Shown in pieces: positions 24,514-33,827 of a stretch of 64,000 bases of DNA. The notes beneath the pieces were generated by a model. That model was given only the letters and a program-made list of their open reading frames with translations, was not told the origin of the DNA and ran no database searches. Location: assembly GCA_965223695.1 (NCBI GenBank), contig CBDCXJ010000011.1, positions 6,824 through 70,823 of the forward strand, given 5' to 3'. Source of the DNA: Gaiellaceae bacterium. GTDB lineage: Bacteria > Actinomycetota > Thermoleophilia > Gaiellales > Gaiellaceae. Numbering within the stretch: position 1 is the first letter of the stretch; the number at the start of each line of letters is the position of its first letter. The position numbers and the translations under genes were made by a program.

Positions 24514-25779
24514 CTACAGGAGTCTGACGACGAGGCCGGAGCGCAACTTCGGCGCGAAGTACGTCGACTTTGGCGGCATGATCTCGCCGCGATCGGAGAC
24601 GTCCATGAGCTCGTCGACCGACGTCGGGTGGAGCGCGAAGCTGACCGCCGATGGCCCCCGGCAGAGCCGATCCAACGCGGCCGGTCCATCGGGTCCGGGC
24701 AGAAACTCGAGCCGTGGATCGGTTCGCGGGTCGTCGATGCCGAGCACCGGGCGGAGCAGGTGGTCGTGCAACACGCTCACGTCGAGCCCAGCGACGCCGG
24801 GCTGCGAGAGCAGGGCGCCGGGCACACGCACGGTGAACCAGGCCTCGCCGAGGCACATCAGGAACTCTCCGGCGGCTGCCGGGCGGGCCGGGTCTGGGAG
24901 CTCGGAGACCTCGAAGCGATCGCGGACGGCGGCCAGGACGTCACGGGGACCGCACGCAGCAGCGGCCGCGTTCACCGTGACGGAGCGGTCGTAGGGGTGG
25001 ATCGCAAGCTGGTCAGAGGAGAACAAGACCGAGACGATGTGGGCGTAGGGCTCGGCGCCGGTATGCGCCGGGTTCTCGCCCGCCCGAAGCTGCGCGAAGC
25101 GGGCCGCGGCAGCCGCCCGATGATGGCCGTCGGCGACATAGAGCGCGTCGAGTGCGCCCAGCGCCTCGCTGGTCGCATCGACGAGCTCGCTCCCGGCGAC
25201 CACCCAGACCGTCATACGCAGGCCGTCGTCGGCCTCGATGTCGATCGTCGGCGTGGTGCTAGCGCCTTCGGCGATGACGCGCTCGACCGCCTCGGACGGC
25301 CGGTGAATGAGAAAAACGGGAAGGAAGCTCGCTCGTACCGCGCTCATGTACTCGAGCAGCCGGTCCTCCTGATCCTGCCGGGTCGACTCGTGAACCTTGA
25401 CGCGGCCGCTCGTGTAAGCCTCGAGCGCGACGTCGGCGATGACCCCGGTCTGGGAGTGACCATCGCGTGCGAGCCGGCAGACGAGGAAGATCGGCGGTGC
25501 GTGGAAGTTGTACGTGTCGCCGTCGAGAAGCGCCCGAAGGCGCGCCGCCGTCTGCGCCATGAGCTCGCGCCGCGCGGCATCGTCGCGTCGCGGCGCGTCG
25601 ACCTCTGAGCGGACGACGTTGAGGAAGCCGAGGGGGCCTCCGACAGCCGATTCGCTCGACTCCTCGAGCGTCGGGTCGGAGTACTGCGGCGCGACAACAT
25701 CGTCGGCGACCTCGGGTCGGGGAAGGTAGACGCCCACGGGCTGGACTGCCGGACCCAGCTGACCGTTTGGCTGGCTCAC
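24514..25779 (-). CDS. DUF1015 family protein
   Basis: 421 aa. VADGHHRAAAA and the C-terminal MPPKSTYFAPKLRSGLVV are characteristic of DUF1015. Confidence 0.8.
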   Translation of the reverse strand: MSQPNGQLGPAVQPVGVYLPRPEVADDVVAPQYSDPTLEESSESAVGGPLGFLNVVRSEVDAPRRDDAARRELMAQTAARLRALLDGDTYNFHAPPIFLVCRLARDGHSQTGVIADVALEAYTSGRVKVHESTRQDQEDRLLEYMSAVRASFLPVFLIHRPSEAVERVIAEGASTTPTIDIEADDGLRMTVWVVAGSELVDATSEALGALDALYVADGHHRAAAAARFAQLRAGENPAHTGAEPYAHIVSVLFSSDQLAIHPYDRSVTVNAAAAACGPRDVLAAVRDRFEVSELPDPARPAAAGEFLMCLGEAWFTVRVPGALLSQPGVAGLDVSVLHDHLLRPVLGIDDPRTDPRLEFLPGPDGPAALDRLCRGPSAVSFALHPTSVDELMDVSDRGEIMPPKSTYFAPKLRSGLVVRLL

Positions 25780-26852
25780 GTGTGCTCGGCCTCGAAGTCG
25801 GCCATGAGCCCCGCGAGCGCCTCGACGCCCTCGAGGGGCATCGCGTTGTACAGCGACGCTCGCACACCGCCGACGCTGCGGTGGCCCCTGAGACCCTTCA
25901 GGCCGGCGGCGGCGCAGGCCTCGAGGAATCGCGTCGTCAGCTCGTCGGTCGCGAGCCAGAAGACGACGTTCATCAGAGAGCGGCTCGCGGCCTCGACGGG
26001 GCTAGTGAACACGCCGTCGCTGCGCTCGATCGCTTCGTAGACGAGGGCCGCCCGCTCGCGCGCGGCTGCCTCCATCGCTACCAGGCCACCCTGGCTCTCG
26101 ACCCAGCGCAACATCTTCCCGATGAGCCAGATCGAGAACATCGGCGGCGTGTTGTAGAGCGAGTTCCCGTCACTGTGAACCTCGTATCGCAGGTACGCGC
26201 CGAGCTCGCTGTTGAGCGATGCAAGCGCGTCGCGGCGCACGAACACGATCGTTGCGCCGGCCGGGCCGAGGTTCTTCTGCGCGCCGCCGTAGACGAGATC
26301 GAACAGCTGCCAGGGAATAGCCCGGCTGCCGATGTCCGAGGACATGTCGGCAACGAGCGGCACGCCAAGATCAGGCCATTCGCACATCTGAACACCGTGG
26401 ATCGTCTCGTTCGACGTGACGTGCAGGTAGCGCGTCTCGCTCCCGAGCTCGAGCTCGTCCGCGGCGGGCATGCGCGCGTAGCCGCACGCTCTTCCATCCC
26501 AGGCCGCGTACGCCTCGCCGTGGGCGACCGCGTCGGCGAAGGCCTTTGCAGCCCAGGCGCCTGAAAGCACGTACGCACCATTCTGGCCCTCGCCGAGAAA
26601 GTTCATCGGGAGCATCGAGAACTGCAGGGTCGCGCCGCCCTGGAGAAACAGGATCGCGAAGTCATCAGGCACGCCGAACACGCGGCGCGCCAGATCGATC
26701 GCCTGATCGTGAACCGCCGAGTACTCGGCGCCGCGGTGGCTCATCTCGATCAGCGACATCCCGGTGCCGTCGTGGTCGATCAGCCCATCGCGCGCCTCCT
26801 CGAGAATCGCCCTGGGCAGCGTTGAAGGACCGGCCGAGAAGTTGAAGACCAT
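25776..26852 (-). CDS. serC: Phosphoserine aminotransferase
   Basis: 358 aa. MVFNFSAGPSTLPRAILEEA..., GGAQKNLGPAG (PLP-Lys region), LRGHRSVGGVRASLYNAMP. Confidence 0.9.
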   Translation of the reverse strand: MVFNFSAGPSTLPRAILEEARDGLIDHDGTGMSLIEMSHRGAEYSAVHDQAIDLARRVFGVPDDFAILFLQGGATLQFSMLPMNFLGEGQNGAYVLSGAWAAKAFADAVAHGEAYAAWDGRACGYARMPAADELELGSETRYLHVTSNETIHGVQMCEWPDLGVPLVADMSSDIGSRAIPWQLFDLVYGGAQKNLGPAGATIVFVRRDALASLNSELGAYLRYEVHSDGNSLYNTPPMFSIWLIGKMLRWVESQGGLVAMEAAARERAALVYEAIERSDGVFTSPVEAASRSLMNVVFWLATDELTTRFLEACAAAGLKGLRGHRSVGGVRASLYNAMPLEGVEALAGLMADFEAEHT

Positions 26853-26899
26853 CGCGGGCTACAGGGTATGGGTAGCCGCTGCGCGGCTACCCGGCGCGT

Positions 26900-28105
26900 C
26901 TAGCCACGGCGTTGCTCGAGCGAGATTCCGATGATCGCGTCGAGCTCCTCGAGCTCTGCCTTCAGCGAGCTGCTCACCTCGCCGCTGATCTGGATCGTCG
27001 CGGCGGCCGCGCGCCCGCCCGAGAAGATGCGGTTCTCCATCTGCTCGACGTTGATCCCGGCGCTCCGAAGGGCGAGAAGCACGCCCGCGAGCACGCCGAC
27101 CTGGTTGTTGTGGCGAACAACAAGCGTCGAGGAGCCCCGCAGCGGGTCAAGGTTGACCGAGTTGCGCACCTCACCCGCCTCGAACGCGCGCAGAATGCGC
27201 ACGACCTCGTCGGCGATCGCCCGCTGCGCCTGTTCGGTCGAGGCACCGATGTGATGCGTCCCATACACGCGCGGGTGCCGTGCGAATTCGGAGTCGAAGT
27301 GCCCGTGCGAGCTGTCCGGCTCCTCGGCGTAGACGTCGACACCCACGCGCAGCTCCTTCTCGTCGATGGTGGCGAGGAGGGCCTGCTCGTCGACGATGTC
27401 GCCACGCGAGGTGTTGAGGATGATCGTGCCAGGACGGACGTGCGCGAGCAGCTCTGCGTCGACGAGGTGCCGGGTCTCGGCAAGCGCAGGCACGTGGAAC
27501 GAGACGGCGTCGCATGCTGCGACGAGCGTCGCAAGATCCGCGTGATAGGTAACGGCCAACGCTTCGAGGCGGGCGCGGGCACCCTCGCTGCGTCCTGGCC
27601 TATGGATCGCGTGTACTGCCATGCCAAAAGCGTCAACGCGCTCGGCAAGCTCGAGCCCAACCGCGCCGAGGCCGACGATGCCGACCCGTCTGCCGCGCAG
27701 GCCGGTGGCCTTCTGGTAGCGCGCCTTGTCCCAGCGCCCTTCGCGCAAATCGGAGACGTTGTCGGGAATGTTGCGGTCGATCGCGACCAGCAGCCCGAAC
27801 GCCAGCTCGGCGACCGCGATCGCGTTCTTGCCCGGGACGTTGCAGACGTAGACGCCGCGCGTGGACGCTGCGCCAACGTCGATGGTGTTCGTGCCGGCTC
27901 CCGCGCGAACCACGAGTCGAAGACCGGGCGCCTCGAGCGCCTCGCGCCTCACGGGCGTGCTGCGTACGACGAGCACGTCGAAGCCCGCGAGCGCACCAGC
28001 GAGCTCGTTCGAGCCAAGCTCGGGTCGCAGCTCGCAGTAGCAGCCGCGATCGCGCAGCTGCTCGAGCTGCGCGTCGGGGAAGCGATCGGCGAAGAGCACC
28101 CTCAT
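26900..28105 (-). CDS. serA: D-3-phosphoglycerate dehydrogenase-like 2-hydroxyacid dehydrogenase with a C-terminal ACT domain
   Basis: 401 aa. GIVGLGAVG NAD motif, the RGDIVDE/HIGAST catalytic region, and an ACT-like tail (LVVRHNNQVGVLAGVLLALRSAGINV). It lies next to serC. Confidence 0.8.
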   Translation of the reverse strand: MRVLFADRFPDAQLEQLRDRGCYCELRPELGSNELAGALAGFDVLVVRSTPVRREALEAPGLRLVVRAGAGTNTIDVGAASTRGVYVCNVPGKNAIAVAELAFGLLVAIDRNIPDNVSDLREGRWDKARYQKATGLRGRRVGIVGLGAVGLELAERVDAFGMAVHAIHRPGRSEGARARLEALAVTYHADLATLVAACDAVSFHVPALAETRHLVDAELLAHVRPGTIILNTSRGDIVDEQALLATIDEKELRVGVDVYAEEPDSSHGHFDSEFARHPRVYGTHHIGASTEQAQRAIADEVVRILRAFEAGEVRNSVNLDPLRGSSTLVVRHNNQVGVLAGVLLALRSAGINVEQMENRIFSGGRAAAATIQISGEVSSSLKAELEELDAIIGISLEQRRG

Positions 28106-28138
28106 GGTCTGGCCACCGCCGTTGTCGCTCGGCGGGAG

Positions 28139-29068
28139 CTAGCCGGAAGCGTAGGAGCGATAGGTGTCGGCGAGCCCTTCGGCCAGATCGAACCCCGGCT
28201 GCCAGCCGAGTCGGGCCTGCGCGGCCGAGGAGTCGAGCGCGCTGCGACGTAGCTCCCCGGGCCTGAGCGGCGCGAACCCCGGCTCGAGCTCGGTGCCGGC
28301 CGCGGCCTGGAGGTGCCCGAGCAGCGCGAGAACGTCGGTCTCGATGCCCGTTCCCACGTTGAAGACACCCGCCTCGGCGGCCTCGAGGCCGCCGACGAAC
28401 GCACGGGCGACGTCGCCGACGTGGATGTAGTCGCGCGTCTGTGTGCCGTCCCCATAGACGGTCGGCACCTCGGCCAGTCGCAACAGCTCTGAGAAGATCG
28501 CGACCACGCCGGCCTCTCCGTGTGCGTTCTGGCGGGGCCCGTAGACGTTGCCGAGCCGGAGGATGACGTGCGCAACCCCGTAGAGGCGCGCCCAGGTGGC
28601 GACGTAGGCCTCACCGGCCAGCTTCGACGCACCGTAGGGCGAAAGAGGCTCCGGCGCGAACGACTCGCTCGTCGGCGTTGGCGCGCCGTCGCCGTAGAGG
28701 GCGCCCCCGGTCGAGGCAAAGACGACGCGTGCCCCGTGGGCACGGGCGGTCTCGAGCACGTTGAGGGTGCCCAGGACGTTGACGGCCATGTCGAAACCCG
28801 GGTCGCGCACCGATGCCGTCACGCTGGCCTGCGCCGCCAGGTGGCAGACGCCAGTGGGCTCGAACGCGCCGACGGCCTCTCCGACGGCACCGGCGTCGCG
28901 AATGTCGACGCGGGCGAGCGTCGCGCGCTCGTTGACGTTTCCCTCGCTACCGCTCGAGAGGTCGTCGACAACGAGGGCCTCGGCGCCAGCGTCGATCAGC
29001 GCGTCGACGACGTGGGAGCCGATGAAGCCCGCGCCCCCAGTCACGAGTATGCGCTGTCCGCTCGCCAC
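28139..29068 (-). CDS. NAD-dependent epimerase/dehydratase (UDP-glucose 4-epimerase-like)
   Basis: ILVTGGAGFIGSHVVDAL and the YGASK catalytic motif. Confidence 0.85.
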   Translation of the reverse strand: MASGQRILVTGGAGFIGSHVVDALIDAGAEALVVDDLSSGSEGNVNERATLARVDIRDAGAVGEAVGAFEPTGVCHLAAQASVTASVRDPGFDMAVNVLGTLNVLETARAHGARVVFASTGGALYGDGAPTPTSESFAPEPLSPYGASKLAGEAYVATWARLYGVAHVILRLGNVYGPRQNAHGEAGVVAIFSELLRLAEVPTVYGDGTQTRDYIHVGDVARAFVGGLEAAEAGVFNVGTGIETDVLALLGHLQAAAGTELEPGFAPLRPGELRRSALDSSAAQARLGWQPGFDLAEGLADTYRSYASG

Positions 29069-29078
29069 CGGCCGTGGC

Positions 29079-29759
29079 TCAGGCGACGACGGTGAAGTTG
29101 ACGTGCATGCCCGAGGCGTAGTGACCCGGGATGTTGCAGGCGAGAGCGTAGCTGCCAGGCTCGAGCTCGACGGTCAGAGATCCAGCGTCGCCGGCCGGGA
29201 CCGTCGCGCGGACGTTGGCTCCGCCACCCGCCTGCGGCGCCGCTGCGTCGTCTTCGATGGCGGCGCCGTCAGCATCGGTCGGGAGCTCTGCCGAGTCCAG
29301 CTCGGTCTCGATGACGAGCAGCTCGTGCTCGAGCAATCCGGAGTTGTCGATCTTGAAGGTCACCCTGCCCGTTTTTACCTTGCGCCGGGCAGGCGTCAGG
29401 GCGAACTCGCTCGGCGCGCCGAGCGTCACCGACACCTTCCGCTTCTTCTTGACTTGCTTCGAGCTCACGACCTGCTCTGCTTTCTCCTTCATGTCCTTCT
29501 TTGCCTTCTTCGCCTTCTTCTTGACGTTGTCGGCCGCGTCGCTAACCAGATCCGAGGCGGCATCGCTCAGGGCGTCGCCGGCCGATGACGCGATCTCTGT
29601 GGCCGCGTCTTCGAGGGCCCCTTTCGCCGCATCGGCCACAGCGTCCTGGGCGGTCTCCGGTGCGGCATCAGGGTCGAGGGTATCGCCGCCACATGCGGTG
29701 ACGCCCAGCGCGACTGACGCCGCCAGCGCCGCGACCAGGAAAAGCAATCGGCCTATCAC
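29079..29759 (-). CDS. Cupredoxin (type-1 copper) lipoprotein with a lysine-rich linker
   Basis: Signal peptide plus lipobox (LGVTAC). C-terminal copper site HELLV...ACNIPGHYASGMH. Internal KKKAKKAKKDMKEKAE...KKKRK stretch. Confidence 0.75.
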   Translation of the reverse strand: MIGRLLFLVAALAASVALGVTACGGDTLDPDAAPETAQDAVADAAKGALEDAATEIASSAGDALSDAASDLVSDAADNVKKKAKKAKKDMKEKAEQVVSSKQVKKKRKVSVTLGAPSEFALTPARRKVKTGRVTFKIDNSGLLEHELLVIETELDSAELPTDADGAAIEDDAAAPQAGGGANVRATVPAGDAGSLTVELEPGSYALACNIPGHYASGMHVNFTVVA

Positions 29760-29777
29760 CTAGATACAGATCGGCGC

Positions 29778-30593
29778 TCACGGGTCACTACCTGAGCGCT
29801 CGAGCCCGTAGGCCTCCCACGAGTCGCCGCCGGCGTCGTATATCGCCTGGATCTCGCGGATCCGCTCGAGCGTCGCCTCGGACATCGTCGAGTTGAAGAT
29901 GTAGCCCTCGAGGCGCAGGCCGTTCTCGTAGTCGACGTCCCAGGCCTGCAGGATCCCGCGCTTGCAGGCCTGCAACGCCCTGCGCGGGCGCGTGGCGATC
30001 AGAGCGGCCCACTCAACGGTCTGCTCGCGCAGCCTCTGATCGTCGAAGACCTTGTTGACGAGCCCGACGCGCTCGAGCTCGGCCGCGGTGTGTGGCTCGG
30101 CTGCCAGGAAGATCTCGAGCGCCTTCGACTGGCCGACGAGACGCGAAAGTCGCACCGTTCCGCCGCCGCCGGGGATCACACCCAGCGCGCTCTCGATCTG
30201 TGCGTACGTGGCCGAGCGCCCGGCCGTGCGCAGGTTGCAGGCCCACGAGATCTCAGCGCCGCCGCCCCACGCCTGCGCGTGGTTGCACGAGATCGAGATC
30301 AGCGGCCCGCGCTCGAGCTCCTGCGTGAGCTGGCGCCATAGCAGCGGGTCGCCGGTCATCTTCTCGGGCGCGGTGTACGCGGCGAGCACATCGGGGAGCC
30401 AGGCATGCGCCATGAAATATCCCGGCACGTCAGAGGCCAGGACGAGCACGCTGGCGCCGCCGCGTTTCACCTCGTCGATGCCATCCATCAGCGCCTGCAA
30501 GAGCTCGTAGGAGCCGAAGTTCTTGGGCGGATTGTCGATCAGGAGCAGACCGACGCCATCCCGTGGGAATGAGACGTGTGCGTGTGCAGTCAT
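29778..30593 (-). CDS. Enoyl-CoA hydratase/isomerase (crotonase) family protein
   Basis: 271 aa. The crotonase fold pattern includes VLVLASDVPGYFMAHA and AQAWGGGAEISWACNLR. Confidence 0.85.
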   Translation of the reverse strand: MTAHAHVSFPRDGVGLLLIDNPPKNFGSYELLQALMDGIDEVKRGGASVLVLASDVPGYFMAHAWLPDVLAAYTAPEKMTGDPLLWRQLTQELERGPLISISCNHAQAWGGGAEISWACNLRTAGRSATYAQIESALGVIPGGGGTVRLSRLVGQSKALEIFLAAEPHTAAELERVGLVNKVFDDQRLREQTVEWAALIATRPRRALQACKRGILQAWDVDYENGLRLEGYIFNSTMSEATLERIREIQAIYDAGGDSWEAYGLERSGSDP

Positions 30594-30618
30594 GGCGGTA
30601 ATCTAGGCCTCCTTCGGA

Positions 30619-32238
30619 ATGCACACGGCGTACTCTGATCCCCGCATCCCACCGCGCGATCGCGTCGTGCTCCGCTACCTGCTCGAGCGCCACGCCGAGG
30701 AGCGCGGCGATCAGTGCTTCGTCAAGTTCGTCGACGGAAGCGAGTGGACCTACCGGGAGGTGCTCGAGCGCGCGAAGGGCCACGCGGCGGGCTTCCGCAA
30801 GCTCGGCGTCGAGCAGGGCGACCACGTGCTCTCGTTCCTGCCGAGCTCACCCGAGGCGATCACGGTCTGGTACGGGCTCAACTACCTGGGCGCGGTCTAC
30901 ATCCCGGCCAACCCGGCCTACAAGGGCAACCTGCTCGCGCACGTGATCAACAACTCCGACGCACGCGTCGTGGTCACCCATCGTGAGCTGGTCGAGCGCT
31001 TCGGAGAGGTCGAGCTCGCGAAGCTCGAGGACATCGTGCACGTGCAGGGCGAGGGTCCCGACGTGCAAGGTCTGCGCAAGCACGACGGGGCGATCTTCAC
31101 CGACACGCCCGTCGACGAGGCCGACCTCGCCGTCGCACGCCCGATCGAGCCCTGGGATACGCAGGGCGTGTGGTACACGTCAGGCACGACCGGCCCGTCG
31201 AAGGGCGCGCTCTCGTCCTACATGCACGCGTACGAGATGTTCGGCCCGGAGACGTGGCCGTTCGTCACCGCGGAGGATCGCTACATGATCAACTTGCCGC
31301 TCTACCACCTGGGCGGCACCGGGCTGTTCAACTCGATGCTGCATCGCGGCGGCTCGTGCGCCTTCCTTGAGCGCTACCAGACGGGTCCCTTCTGGCAGCA
31401 GGTGCGCGACACCGAGTCGACGATGGTGTTCCTGCTCGGCGCGATGGCGGCGTTCCTCGAGGCGCAACCACCCTCGCCTGAGGACAAGAACCACCCCATG
31501 CGGCTCATGTTCATGGTCCCGATCGTCGACGACGTGCCGGCTTTCGCCGAGCGCTTCGGCGTCGAAGTGCGGACGATCTACAACATGACCGAGATCTGCA
31601 CGCCGATCATCTCGGGCCCGACGCCCGCGTTGCCGGGCACCTGTGGACGCCTGAGAGAAGGCTGCGACGTACGACTAATCGACGAGAACGATCTCGAGGT
31701 GCCAGTCGGCGAGGTAGGTGAGTTCGCCGTGCGCTGTGACACTCCGTGGGGCATGCACCACGGCTACCTAAACATGCCCGAGGCGACGGCCGCGTCCTGG
31801 CGAAACGGCTGGTTCCACACCGGGGACGCCGGCCGTATCGACGAGCACGGCAACTACTACTTCGTCGACCGGATCAAGGACGCGATCCGCCGGCGCGGCG
31901 AGTTCGTCTCCTCACTCGAGCTCGAGATCGAGCTTTGCGCCCACGCCGACGTGGCCGCCGCCGCCGTGGTCGCTACGAAGAGCGAGTACGCCGAGGACGA
32001 GATCCTGGCCTACCTCCAGCCCGCCGATGGCAAGGACATCGACTTCGTCGAGGTGATCGAGTTCCTGAAGCCGCGCGTCGCCTACTTCGCGATCCCGCGC
32101 TACTTCCAGGCGGTCGAGAGCTTCCCGCTGACTCCTACCGAGAAGATCCGCAAGGTCGAGTTGCGGGACTGGGGCAAGACCGACGAGACCTGGGATCGCG
32201 AGGAGCACGGCATCGTGATCAAGTCGGAAAGAATCTAG
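30619..32238 (+). CDS. AMP-dependent synthetase/ligase (acyl-CoA synthetase family)
   Basis: 539 aa. AMP-binding motif WYTSGTTGPSKGA, plus GWFHTGD and DRIKDAIRRRGE. Confidence 0.85.
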   Translation: MHTAYSDPRIPPRDRVVLRYLLERHAEERGDQCFVKFVDGSEWTYREVLERAKGHAAGFRKLGVEQGDHVLSFLPSSPEAITVWYGLNYLGAVYIPANPAYKGNLLAHVINNSDARVVVTHRELVERFGEVELAKLEDIVHVQGEGPDVQGLRKHDGAIFTDTPVDEADLAVARPIEPWDTQGVWYTSGTTGPSKGALSSYMHAYEMFGPETWPFVTAEDRYMINLPLYHLGGTGLFNSMLHRGGSCAFLERYQTGPFWQQVRDTESTMVFLLGAMAAFLEAQPPSPEDKNHPMRLMFMVPIVDDVPAFAERFGVEVRTIYNMTEICTPIISGPTPALPGTCGRLREGCDVRLIDENDLEVPVGEVGEFAVRCDTPWGMHHGYLNMPEATAASWRNGWFHTGDAGRIDEHGNYYFVDRIKDAIRRRGEFVSSLELEIELCAHADVAAAAVVATKSEYAEDEILAYLQPADGKDIDFVEVIEFLKPRVAYFAIPRYFQAVESFPLTPTEKIRKVELRDWGKTDETWDREEHGIVIKSERI

Positions 32239-32253
32239 TCCCACGGGGCGCCC

Positions 32254-32279
32254 GGAGTTTCGCGCGTGCGCGAAACTCC
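32254..32279. terminator. Perfect 12-bp inverted repeat between convergent genes (likely bidirectional terminator)
   Basis: GGAGTTTCGCGC-GT-GCGCGAAACTCC, 16 nt after the ligase stop. Confidence 0.5.
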
Positions 32280-32282
32280 CAA

Positions 32283-32300
32283 GGAACTCGGTCGAGTTCC
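32283..32300. terminator. Second hairpin between the same convergent genes
   Basis: GGAACTC-GGTC-GAGTTCC (7-bp stem), ending 1 nt before the stop codon (32302-32304) of the minus-strand gene. Confidence 0.35.
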
Positions 32301-32301
32301 C

Positions 32302-32973
32302 CTACTCGACGCCACGTGGCGGGCCGCCGGCCGCGGAGATGTCGAGGACGTCAACGACCTCCTGACGGGTGGCGCCGAGTGCGAGGGCGTTCTCGATGTG
32401 GAACCTCATGCCCGGCAGGTAGCGGTGCGACGGCATCGCGTCGATCGACGTGTAGATGAGTTCCTTGCTCTTGGCCGGGAGCGGGCCCGTCTTCCATGGG
32501 ATGGCCAGGTAGTCGACCACCGCGCGGAACGCCGGCTCCGAGAGACGGAGCAGCGAGTCGAGGAAGCCGGGCAGCTGGGCGTCGAGCCGTTGCCAGTATT
32601 CGTCGGCGAGGAGCTTGTCGCGGTAGGCGGCGGCCTCGTCGGTGAGCTCGGGGAGCGACCCCGAGCGACCCTTCACGACGTCGCTCAGGACTAGCGGCGC
32701 CTCGTGCAATCCGTGGATCCCGATCCCCGAGGCGAGCAGCATGGACTCCGTCAGCTCCTCGAGCGCGGCGCCGGCGTCCAGGGCGGCGCCCGCATGCCGG
32801 GCTATGCCGTCACGGTCGAGCGTCGAGGGGGCTGCGGCGACCGCGAAGCCCACCAGCGCGGCCGTCTTCTCGTCGAGGCCCGGGCCGTCGGGCGCGTCCT
32901 CGATCAGCGTCAGCGCGACCTCACGTGCGCGGGCGACATCGGGCCCTACGTCCTGCTGCGGCTCAACTGCCAT
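32302..32973 (-). CDS. Carboxymuconolactone decarboxylase (AhpD-like) family protein
   Basis: 223 aa. SKELIYTSIDAMPSHRYLPGMRFHIENALALGATRQEVVDVL resembles the CMD-domain helix pattern. The assignment is tentative. Confidence 0.55.
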   Translation of the reverse strand: MAVEPQQDVGPDVARAREVALTLIEDAPDGPGLDEKTAALVGFAVAAAPSTLDRDGIARHAGAALDAGAALEELTESMLLASGIGIHGLHEAPLVLSDVVKGRSGSLPELTDEAAAYRDKLLADEYWQRLDAQLPGFLDSLLRLSEPAFRAVVDYLAIPWKTGPLPAKSKELIYTSIDAMPSHRYLPGMRFHIENALALGATRQEVVDVLDISAAGGPPRGVE

Positions 32974-33736
32974 CGAACTCGGGTGGTCGCTTCTCGAGGA
33001 ACGCCTTCATGCCTTCCTTCTGGTCGTTGCTCGAGAACAGGAGCGCAAACTCCTGCAGCGTGTAGGCCATCCCGCGCTCCATGTCCATCTCGGCTCCGAC
33101 GTTGACGGCACGCTTGACTGCGCCGAGGACGAGCGGACTGCGCGAGGCGAGCGTCGTGGCCAGCTCGCCTGCGGCGGTCTCGAGCTCGTCGCGCGGCACG
33201 ACCTTGTTGACGAGGCCAAGTCGATGCGCCTCGGCGGCGTCGATCATGTCGCCCGTCATGAGCAGCTCCTTGGCGGCCGCGCGTCCGATCCAGCGCGGTA
33301 GCCGAATGCAGGCGCCGGCGCCGGGTATCACGCCGACTCGAGCCTCGACCAGACCGAGCACGGCGTCATCGGCGGCGACGATGAGATCGCACGCGAGCAG
33401 CAACTCGCTTCCGCCCGCGATCGCATGCCCGTGAACGGCGGCGACGACCGGTTCGTCCATCGACTCGATCGTCGAGAAGACGCGCATCCACGTGTCGAGC
33501 AGGAACTGACGCACCTCGAGCGGAGCGCCGTCCTGGAGCTCCGACAGGTCAGCTCCAGTGCTGAACGCACGCCCGTTCGCCGCGATGACGACGACACGTG
33601 TTTCGGGCCGCGAGCGCGCCGCCTCGAGCGCGTCGAGCAGCGCGACCAGAAGCTCTCGGTTGAACGCGTTCAGCTTGTCGGTCCGGTTCAACCGAAGCGT
33701 CGTGACGGCATCGTCGTGGGTGGTCTCGACCAGCAT
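32963..33736 (-). CDS. Enoyl-CoA hydratase/isomerase family protein
   Basis: The internal ATG gives MLVETTHDDAVTTLRLNRTDKLNAFN..., followed by VVIAANGRAFSTGADL and AVHGHAIAGGSELLLACD. The longer track ORF overlaps the divergent neighbour. Confidence 0.85.
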   Translation of the reverse strand: MLVETTHDDAVTTLRLNRTDKLNAFNRELLVALLDALEAARSRPETRVVVIAANGRAFSTGADLSELQDGAPLEVRQFLLDTWMRVFSTIESMDEPVVAAVHGHAIAGGSELLLACDLIVAADDAVLGLVEARVGVIPGAGACIRLPRWIGRAAAKELLMTGDMIDAAEAHRLGLVNKVVPRDELETAAGELATTLASRSPLVLGAVKRAVNVGAEMDMERGMAYTLQEFALLFSSNDQKEGMKAFLEKRPPEFDGS

Positions 33737-33827
33737 CTGAGGTGCCGACGTTCGCGGCTTGGCGCCGCCGGCACGGGCGATCATAGGCCGACTAGGCTGT
33801 CGCCGCGAAGCTCCCGGGAGGCGCCCG

